Assembly (NCBI GenBank): GCA_964529445.1 | Contig: CAZGWJ010000001.1 | Location: forward strand, 14,863 to 78,862 | DNA: 64,000 bases | Reading direction: 5' to 3' | From: an uncultured bacterium | Lineage (GTDB): Bacteria > Oederibacteriota > Muellerivitia > Muellerivitales > Muellerivitaceae | Part shown: positions 57,370-64,000 of the stretch, one piece after another | Layout of the letters: each line of letters begins with the position of its first letter | Position numbering within the stretch: the stretch's first letter is position 1 | Translations under genes and position numbers: made by a program | Notes under the pieces: model-generated | Told to the model about the DNA's origin: nothing | Databases searched by the model: none | The model's input: only the letters and a program-made list of their open reading frames with translations

Positions 57370-57693
57370 ATGGCGGCACTGATCGTATTCGTCACCACGC
57401 CGAACCGCCGCGTGAGCGAACGGCTCATGCGCATCGCCGTGGAAGGCCGTTTCGCCGCCTGCGCCAACCGGTTGCCGGGTTTGGCGAGCCGATATTGGTG
57501 GAAGGGGCGCGTCGAGACCGCGCGGGAGGAACTGCTGATCCTCAAGACCACGGTGCGCAAGTATCCCTCCCTGGAGCGCGTTCTTCGCAAGGCCCATCCC
57601 TACGAAGTGTGCGAGATCCTGGCCGTGAAGGTCGCGGCTGGCAACCCGTCCTATCTGGGATGGATCCAAGAAAGCCTGGGTGTTTCCCGATGA
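57370..57693 (+). CDS. cutA: Divalent-cation tolerance protein CutA
   Basis: MAALIVFVTTPN...ACANRLPGLASRYWWKG...PYEVCEILAV, a typical CutA1. Confidence 0.85.
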   Translation: MAALIVFVTTPNRRVSERLMRIAVEGRFAACANRLPGLASRYWWKGRVETAREELLILKTTVRKYPSLERVLRKAHPYEVCEILAVKVAAGNPSYLGWIQESLGVSR

Positions 57694-59072
57694 TGGCCGA
57701 GCAGGAGTCCTATGTCGAATCCCTCCGTTGGATGGTGCGAGCCCGTTGGGTCGTGCTGTTGCTGGCGACCATTCTGGTGTCCGCCGTCGAATGGGTGACA
57801 CCGGGGCCGGCCCGCAACACCTTCGCGTGGATCGTCATCCTGATCGAGACCTGTTTCAATCTCGTCTACGGTTTCATGGCCGGTTACCGGAGCGTCGCGA
57901 GGCCCCTTCTGGCGGCCGGGTTCCTGGTCGACGGGGCCGTCCTCTGCATTTGGGTGGTGTTTTCAGGCGGCGCGGTGAGCGTCAATGCCACCTACCTTCT
58001 CATCATCCTCATCGCTTCCAGCATGGTCCATTCCCCCCGAATGGTGGCCGGGATCGGGGTGGCCATCGCGGCCATGTTCGTCGTCGCCATGCGAATCAGT
58101 TACGACCTGCACATCTCGGCTTGGGTTCCTGCGCAGGGCATGAACCCGTTCTGGGCCCTGCTGGAATCCTCCCCGGAGGAAACCCGACGTCTCGTGTACC
58201 TCCAGCAGACCCTCCGATGGGTGGTCTGGATGGCCGCCGTGACGGTCATCAGCACCTTCCTGGTTCGGCGCATTTGGCAGAGGGAGGAACGCCTCCGCGA
58301 ATCGGAAAGGGGCATCGACCAGCAACGACGCCTGCTCCAGCTGGGTGAACTGGCCGGGCGACTGGCGCACAGTCTCAACACCCCCTTGGGACTCATTTCG
58401 GGCAACATGGAAATGCTGATCCGGAAAGTGCGCAAGGGAAGCGCGGTCCACAAGGACCTCACGAGGATCATGGAGTTCGTGCACCGCGCCGTGAAGACCC
58501 TGGAGGATGTCCTGGCCTACAACCGCCAGAGTCTCTCGCATATCCGGGACATCGACATTTCCGGGTTGGTGCGCGTGGTGGTGGAGGCCGTGAATCCCCG
58601 CCTGGAGAAATGCAGGGGGCGTGTCATCCTCGACCTGCAGGAGGACATTCCCGCCTTGCGGGGTTATCCCGAGGCCGTTCAACAGGCCCTCTTGAACCTG
58701 GTGGAGAACGCGGTGGATGCGCTCGAAGAGGGCGGGACGGTGGTGGTCGAGGCGCGCTTCGATCCGGGTCCCGTCCGCTTGTCGGCCCAGGACAACCGCG
58801 GGGACATCCGGATCGTCGTGAGGGACAACGGGAAGGGCGTGCCGACCCAGGACTTGAAGCGGATCTTCGAACCCTTCTTCACCACCAAGGAATACGGCCA
58901 CGGCACCGGCTTGGGTCTTCCCATCGTGAAGCGCATCATGGAGGAACATGGTGGTCAGATCCGGGCGGAGCGGAACGTCGAGCGGGGCATGAAGTTCACG
59001 CTCCTGTTCCCCATGAAGGCGGTGCCGGTCATGGACCGGGAAGGGTTGCCGGTCGATTTCTTCGAGCGATAA
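57690..59072 (+). CDS. Sensor histidine kinase (polytopic membrane N-terminus, HisKA + HATPase_c)
   Basis: MMAEQESYV... The start overlaps the cutA stop (ATGATG). H-box HSLNTPLGLISGNMEML, G2 box GTGLGLPIVKRIMEEHGG. Confidence 0.85.
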   Translation: MMAEQESYVESLRWMVRARWVVLLLATILVSAVEWVTPGPARNTFAWIVILIETCFNLVYGFMAGYRSVARPLLAAGFLVDGAVLCIWVVFSGGAVSVNATYLLIILIASSMVHSPRMVAGIGVAIAAMFVVAMRISYDLHISAWVPAQGMNPFWALLESSPEETRRLVYLQQTLRWVVWMAAVTVISTFLVRRIWQREERLRESERGIDQQRRLLQLGELAGRLAHSLNTPLGLISGNMEMLIRKVRKGSAVHKDLTRIMEFVHRAVKTLEDVLAYNRQSLSHIRDIDISGLVRVVVEAVNPRLEKCRGRVILDLQEDIPALRGYPEAVQQALLNLVENAVDALEEGGTVVVEARFDPGPVRLSAQDNRGDIRIVVRDNGKGVPTQDLKRIFEPFFTTKEYGHGTGLGLPIVKRIMEEHGGQIRAERNVERGMKFTLLFPMKAVPVMDREGLPVDFFER

Positions 59073-59090
59073 GAGGCCAGGAGGTCAACC

Positions 59091-59570
59091 ATGAGCAAGA
59101 AGAGGAAACCCGTGAAGACGGCGAAAGCCGTCCAGGCGGCGCGTCCCACAAAAGCCGCGATCCAGGCCCGGTTGCTGGTGGTGGACGATGAGGCCGAATT
59201 CGCCTCGATGATCCGGAAAACCCTGGAATCGGAGGGATACAGCGTCGATACGGCCCTGAACGGGACCCAGGCCATCGAGATGCACCGCAAGCACGCCTAC
59301 GATTTGGCCCTCGTGGACCTCAAGATGCCGGACATGACGGGACTGGAACTGCTCCAGTATCTCAAGGTGCGGGACAAGCGGATCTCGGTCGTCCTGATGA
59401 CCGCCTTCGGATCGCTGGCCGTAGGCATCGAGGCGCTGAAGAAGGGCGCCAGCGACTACCTTCCCAAGCCGTTCAAGTTGGCGGTCCTCAGCTCGAAGGT
59501 CCAGGATGCCCTGACCCGGCGTGCGAAGTACCTCGAGGAACAGGCGCATTCGCCCATCGACGAGATGTGA
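59091..59570 (+). CDS. Single-domain response regulator (CheY-like receiver)
   Basis: LLVVDDE ... DLALVDLKMPDMTG ... VVLMTAF ... YLPKPF. Confidence 0.85.
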   Translation: MSKKRKPVKTAKAVQAARPTKAAIQARLLVVDDEAEFASMIRKTLESEGYSVDTALNGTQAIEMHRKHAYDLALVDLKMPDMTGLELLQYLKVRDKRISVVLMTAFGSLAVGIEALKKGASDYLPKPFKLAVLSSKVQDALTRRAKYLEEQAHSPIDEM

Positions 59571-59574
59571 AGCC

Positions 59575-60231
59575 TTGAAGCCCGCGAGATCCGGAAAAGA
59601 CCGGGGCGTTCCCGGCCCGACGGTGGGCCGCCTATCCCGGTACCTGCGCGCCTTCTCGCAGTTCGAACGCGACGGCCGGAAAGTGGCTTCCTCCCGGGAA
59701 CTCGCCCGGGCCACCGCCTTGAGCCCGGAGGCCGTGCGGAAGGACCTGGCCCATTTCGGCCAGTTCGGGCGGCGCGGCATCGGTTACGACGTGAAGAGCC
59801 TGGCCGCCCAGGTGAGGGAGATCCTGGGCCTGTCGAAGCCCCGGGCGGTCGCCATCGTGGGTGTGGGTAACCTCGGGACCTCCCTCCTGCAGTACGGCGG
59901 GTTCGCGAAGGCGGGGTTCAAGGTCGAGGCGGCCTTCGACACGGATCCCTCCAAGGTGGGATGGGAATTGGAGGGCGTGAGGATCTGGCCCATGGGAGCC
60001 CTGCGGCAGACCCTGCGCGAGAAGCGCATCGAGATCGCCATCCTGGCCGTCCCGGCCGGCCAGGCCCAGCGCGTCACGGACGAACTGGTGGATTCCGGAG
60101 TGCGCGCCGTCCTCAATTTCGCGCCGATCGTCCTTTCCACCCCGCCATCGGTGATGGTGAGGGCGGTGGATCTGGCCTCCGAGATGGAGCGCCTGACTTA
60201 CTTCCTGGACCGGGAGATTCCCGGCCGGTGA
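59575..60231 (+). CDS. rex: Redox-sensing transcriptional repressor Rex. The start is uncertain: TTG at 59575, or the ATG at 59521 overlapping the response regulator.
   Basis: VGRLSRYLRAF (wHTH), Rossmann AIVGVGNLG, and the C-terminal ILAVPAGQAQ...AVLNFAP. Confidence 0.8.
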   Translation: MKPARSGKDRGVPGPTVGRLSRYLRAFSQFERDGRKVASSRELARATALSPEAVRKDLAHFGQFGRRGIGYDVKSLAAQVREILGLSKPRAVAIVGVGNLGTSLLQYGGFAKAGFKVEAAFDTDPSKVGWELEGVRIWPMGALRQTLREKRIEIAILAVPAGQAQRVTDELVDSGVRAVLNFAPIVLSTPPSVMVRAVDLASEMERLTYFLDREIPGR

Positions 60232-60468
60232 CCGTTGCAGGGCCCTCGGAGCGGTCGAAACGGCGTGAAGGTCCCGACGGGGAATGTCCTGTATACGGGC
60301 CGTTCCAACCGAAGCCCCCCTCGTTGAAACCGATCGGATCCCCCGGTACCTTGTCTCAGTCCGGGGTCGGCCAAGCCGTCTTCCCGCCGTCGTTGTGGGG
60401 CTTCACCTTCGACCTTCGACCTGCTACCTTCTACCTGGACAAGGCAACCCACGGAGGTTCGGAAGCTG

Positions 60469-61116
60469 ATGAAAAAGAGAAACGGGGATGACGTACGACG
60501 GGGGCCTAAACCCTTCCTCTGGTTCCGCAAGCTCTACCACGTCCTCAATTCCTCCATGGTGCCGGTCTATTACTGGTGGAACCCCTTCGACCTGCCCCTC
60601 GCGACCGTGCGCCTGCACGTCCTGATCGCCCTCGCCGCGGCCTTCCTCTTCTTCATCACTTTCGACCTCCTCCGGCTGAACGTCAGGTCCTTCAACGATT
60701 GGATCCTGGCCCGTTTCTCCTTCATCATCCGCCAGGCCGAGGCGAAGCGCCTCACGGGCGCCACCTACATGTGCCCCGCCTTTTTCGCCGTGACGTGGTT
60801 CTTCGACTGGCGCATCGCGGTGGCGTCCATGCTGTTCATCTCGATCGGGGACACCGCGGCCGAGGTGGCGGGGCGTTTCTTCGGCCGCCACAAGATCGAG
60901 CGGTTCCACAAGTCGTGGGAGGGCACCTTCGGTTTCTTCCTCGCGACCTTCCCGATCGCCTGGATCCTTCTGGGCGACTGGCGCGTGGCCGCGGTCGGGG
61001 CTGCGGTCGGGGCCCTCACGGAACTGGTCACCACGGTGCTCGACGACAACTTCACGGTCCCTATCGGATCGGCCCTCGCCCTCTGGGGGGCTCTCGTCAT
61101 CTTCCGCCCGATGTAG
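60469..61116 (+). CDS. Polytopic membrane protein of the CTP-dependent polyprenol/diacylglycerol kinase (CdsA/dolichol-kinase/phytol-kinase) superfamily
   Basis: Six to seven TM helices, a GDTAAEVAGRFFGRHK motif, and HKSWEGTFGFF. Confidence 0.5.
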   Translation: MKKRNGDDVRRGPKPFLWFRKLYHVLNSSMVPVYYWWNPFDLPLATVRLHVLIALAAAFLFFITFDLLRLNVRSFNDWILARFSFIIRQAEAKRLTGATYMCPAFFAVTWFFDWRIAVASMLFISIGDTAAEVAGRFFGRHKIERFHKSWEGTFGFFLATFPIAWILLGDWRVAAVGAAVGALTELVTTVLDDNFTVPIGSALALWGALVIFRPM

Positions 61117-61483
61117 CCATCAAGGATCGCTTCCGGTCTATCCATCCTTGTCTTGTTATATTGCCCGAGAGTCAATGATGGATGAGGAGTGACGGCGGTC
61201 ATCCTGCACTGCCGTGATTGCGATCCCGCGTGATCCGACGCACGGGTTTATTCCATAAAAACGCATGAAAGCCCTTTTCACACGGGGATAAGCTCTTGCC
61301 CGGTCGTGTCGTCACCCGGAAATATTTCCCTCGCCGGCGTGCAATTTTCCCGCGGCCGGTCGTCTGAAGGGTGGAAGAGGAAAAGGGGGCCGCTGAGTTC
61401 CCTTGAGAAGGCGCCGGGTCAGGAACCCGGCGAGGAAAGCTCCCGACCCACACCCATACCCTGGGAGCTTCCGGGTGGAAGCG

Positions 61484-61639
61484 ATGGAACTGAACTGCGA
61501 ATCGATGAGATACCTGCTGGAGGCGTTCAGGAGGGGCGAGTTAACCGAGGACCAGAAGGCCGCCGTCCTGCACCATATGCTTCACTGCCCGGAATGCATG
61601 TTCCTCCTGACCCTGTCGCCCGTGCTGGTGGAGAACTGA
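61484..61639 (+). CDS. 51-aa zf-HC2-like (anti-sigma N-terminal zinc-finger type) peptide, speculative
   Basis: MELNCESMRYLLEAFRRGELTEDQKAAVLHHMLHCPECMFLL with the H-x3-C-x2-C pattern. No adjacent sigma factor. Followed by a terminator hairpin. Confidence 0.3.
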   Translation: MELNCESMRYLLEAFRRGELTEDQKAAVLHHMLHCPECMFLLTLSPVLVEN

Positions 61640-61655
61640 AAAGAGACTCGGCGCC

Positions 61656-61680
61656 AAACCCGGGCACCCCGGGTTTGAAA
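61656..61680 (+). terminator. Hairpin AAACCCGGG-cacc-CCGGGTTT, bidirectional-type terminator
   Basis: Perfect 9-bp stem flanked by an A-run and a T-rich flank. Confidence 0.5.
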
Positions 61681-61868
61681 AGTGTGAATGGGACGGCTGG
61701 ACAACTACAGAGGCGTATGAAATCGAACAACAAGGTATGAAGGTCGTAGCGAGCGCCCCGGGGAGGGAAGTCCCCGGGGCGTTCTGCATTTCGGGAGGGG
61801 TGGATACCCAAGGCGACTATTTCCATGACGGACTTCGGCCAAAGTCATGCGACATCCAATGGCAGTTT

Positions 61869-61905
61869 CGTGGCGCCTCGAAGAGGCGCTCGTGGTGAAC
61901 AAGGG
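61869..61905 (+). promoter_or_regulatory. Second copy of the GGCGCCTC-GAAG-AGGCGC-TCGTGGTGAA leader hairpin (see 38175..38230), about 85 nt upstream of mfd
   Basis: cgtggcgcctcgaagaggcgctcgtggtgaacaagg. Confidence 0.45.
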
Positions 61906-61987
61906 TCATATTGTTTTTCTCGTTCTTGTCGGATAAAGGGTTGTCTTTCGTCTCCGAATCTTCTATGTATATGCCGTCGGTCAATCG

Positions 61988-64000
61988 ATGGATCAACCGG
62001 GTGCCAGACCCCCCCGGGGGGAGGACTGGGCGCCCTTTTCGTGCTTGGAGACGACCTTGTCGTACGATTTGAACAAGAGTTTGTGCCCCGCCCTCTCCCT
62101 TCTCGACGCCGACTGGCCGGCGGCCGACGCGGCGCTCGCGCTTCTACGCGAGGCGAGTCCGCGCACCCTGATCCACGGACTGCCCGGATCCTCGCGCGCC
62201 TTCTTCCTTGCCTGGGCCTACCGGCGAACGGCCGGAAAGACCCCCTGGGTCGTGGTGACTGCCACGCGGGAGGAGGCGGTCGCTCTTCAGGGCGACCTGG
62301 TCACCTGGTTGCCCGGTATCCCGGTCCGGCTTTGTCCTTCCTGGGAGGTCCTGCCTCTCGACGTCGAGGAACCGGACTCCGAACTCATTGGCGAGCGTCT
62401 GCGCGCCTTCCTGATGCTGCAGAAAGGCGAACCCGGAATCGTCGTGGCGCCCCTGGTCGGGGCGTTGCAGGGAACGCTCCCGCCCGGCGAATGGATCGAT
62501 CGCCTGCTTCTCCTCCGCAAAGGCGCCGAGCTTCCCGGGAACCTCGAGGAACGGCTGGCCGCCCTCGGTTTCGAGCGCGTGGGACAGGTCATGGAAGCGG
62601 GACAGTTCGCGGTGCGCGGCGGGCTGGTGGACCTGGCGCCTCCCGGATCGCCCTCCGGACCCGTGCGCATCGAACGCTTCGGTGACATCGCGGAGTCCAT
62701 CCGAAGCCTGGACCTCACCTCCCAGCGCAGTTCCGGGGACGTCGCGGAGGTCGCCGTCTTTCCGGCCCACGAGGTGTTGATGACGTCCGAGGTGAGGGAG
62801 GCGATCTCGACGCGCTTGAGGGAGAAGACCGAGAAGGATTCGCTCTGGTCCCGGATGGCGCAGGAGCTGTTGGCCTCTACCGGCCGGTTCCCGGGATGGG
62901 CCTGGCATGCCCTGGGGGTCCTGGCCCGCAAAGGGCCGGCGTCCTGCCTCTGGGACCATGTGCCCGAGAAGGCGCGCCTCCTTGTGCTCGAACCCGCGGC
63001 CGTGATGGAACAAGCGCGCACGCTTTCCGAACGGATCGGGGATTGGGAGAGGGAGGCCGCCGAGGAAGGGGCGGACCTCTTTCCGGTTCGGGGGATGTTC
63101 GGGGACCTGGGATTCGTGGAGCGGGCCCTTGCGCGGGGCGCGGCCTTCGGCCTGGGACTGCTTCCCCAGGAGATGCCCGGCGGTCCGGCGGATCGAGACG
63201 CCAAGGTGCCCGCGCGGGTCCAGCCCCCTTATTACGGCAAGTTCGCCTCCTTCGTTTCGGACCTGAGGAAGGACGTGTCCGGGGGCGTCGTCACTCACTT
63301 GCTGTGCCACAACCGGGGCGAACGGGACCGGATGCGGGAGTTGATGGCCGAGGAGCACGTTTCGCCCGTCCTGTCGGTCGGCGAGATCGACCAGGGGTTC
63401 GTCGTGGACGATCTCGCCCTGTGCATCCTGCCCGACCACGACCTTTTCCGCCGTTACCGCGTGTCGCGCCATCCTCGTCGCCGGCGTTCCATCGCGGAGG
63501 GGAGACCCCTGGCGTCCCTTTCGGAACTGGCAGTCGGATCCCTGGCCGTCCATGTGGATTACGGCCGATGCCTCTATCGCGGCTTGACGCCCCTGGCGGT
63601 GGACGGCGTCACGAAGGACTATATCCAGCTCGAATTCGCCGACAAGGAGAAGGTGTACCTTCCCACCGATCAGATCACGCTCGTGCAGAGGTACGTGGGC
63701 GCGGAAGGCTCCGCGCCGCTGGCCAAGCTCGGCGGCGACGCGTGGAAGAGGACCAAGGAGCGCGTGGGGAAGCAGGTGGCCCTGGTGGCAAGGGAACTCG
63801 TGGCCTTGTACCAGGCCCGCGCGACGGCATCCAAGACGCCCCTGCCTCCCGACACGCCCTGGCAGGGCGAGTTCGAGGATTCCTTCCCCTACGACCTCAC
63901 GCCGGGCCAGGCGCGTTCCATCCGGGACGTGAAGAAGGACCAGCAGTCCCCCCGTCCCATGGACCGTCTCTTGTGCGGGGACGTGGGTTACGGCAAGACC
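61988..64000 (+). CDS. mfd: Transcription-repair coupling factor, 5' part (runs off the window end)
   Basis: No stop from the ATG at 61988 to 64000. The C-terminal visible segment FPYDLTPGQARSIRDVKKDQQSPRPMDRLLCGDVGYGKT is the Mfd helicase motif I region. It is absent from the ORF track because it is edge-truncated. The listed antisense ORF 62144..63553 is a shadow frame. Confidence 0.85.
   Translation, partial: MDQPGARPPRGEDWAPFSCLETTLSYDLNKSLCPALSLLDADWPAADAALALLREASPRTLIHGLPGSSRAFFLAWAYRRTAGKTPWVVVTATREEAVALQGDLVTWLPGIPVRLCPSWEVLPLDVEEPDSELIGERLRAFLMLQKGEPGIVVAPLVGALQGTLPPGEWIDRLLLLRKGAELPGNLEERLAALGFERVGQVMEAGQFAVRGGLVDLAPPGSPSGPVRIERFGDIAESIRSLDLTSQRSSGDVAEVAVFPAHEVLMTSEVREAISTRLREKTEKDSLWSRMAQELLASTGRFPGWAWHALGVLARKGPASCLWDHVPEKARLLVLEPAAVMEQARTLSERIGDWEREAAEEGADLFPVRGMFGDLGFVERALARGAAFGLGLLPQEMPGGPADRDAKVPARVQPPYYGKFASFVSDLRKDVSGGVVTHLLCHNRGERDRMRELMAEEHVSPVLSVGEIDQGFVVDDLALCILPDHDLFRRYRVSRHPRRRRSIAEGRPLASLSELAVGSLAVHVDYGRCLYRGLTPLAVDGVTKDYIQLEFADKEKVYLPTDQITLVQRYVGAEGSAPLAKLGGDAWKRTKERVGKQVALVARELVALYQARATASKTPLPPDTPWQGEFEDSFPYDLTPGQARSIRDVKKDQQSPRPMDRLLCGDVGYGKT

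Overview
High-GC (about 65%) bacterial chromosomal segment. It is mostly housekeeping and envelope genes, interrupted by a few low-GC islets and an unusually dense set of short dispersed intergenic repeats.

Gene content in order. Coordinates of individual genes are in the feature list.
- The window starts inside an edge-truncated membrane H+-pyrophosphatase gene (hppA, minus strand, absent from the ORF track).
- Next is a cytochrome bd oxidase operon (OsmC-like, cydA, cydB, minus strand).
- A small redox operon follows: ArsR-family regulator, a 51-aa Cys-motif membrane peptide that the ORF track does not list, thioredoxin, and a DUF2892 protein.
- Then come ispH and an AddB-like/AddA-like nuclease-helicase gene pair.
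- An envelope-glycosylation cluster follows: three tandem GT39/PMT_2-type glycosyltransferases, an LtaS/sulfatase-like protein and a methyltransferase.
- The hopanoid-precursor genes hpnC, hpnD and hpnE sit next, minus strand.
- A repeat-domain lipoprotein gene with an apparent frameshift is followed by tRNA-Val(CAC).
- After that come pckG, an unusual internally duplicated 564-aa protein, queD, nadE, a metallophosphoesterase, a lipoate-protein ligase-like gene and an Lpd-like gene.
- Then a GH10 xylanase, an SDR dehydrogenase whose 3' end is duplicated around an inserted low-GC HigB/HigA-like toxin-antitoxin pair, a GH31 glycosidase, and a fourth GT39 protein carrying a PA14 domain.
- The window continues with a phosphohexomutase, three tandem class III adenylate cyclases with an intercalated small membrane protein, an ExeA-like AAA ATPase, cutA, a histidine kinase, a response regulator, Rex and a membrane protein, and ends inside an edge-truncated mfd.

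I found no CRISPR array, integrase, transposase or recognisable defence system.

The most unusual content:
1. Several families of short dispersed, partly structured intergenic repeats.
2. The toxin-antitoxin cassette bracketed by a duplicated gene 3' end.
3. A tandem RIO/Kdo-kinase-like duplicated protein flanked by repeats.
4. Two apparent frameshifts, one at an A7 homopolymer.
5. The adenylate cyclase triplet.

All calls rest on reading the translations and sequence by eye. No database search was run.
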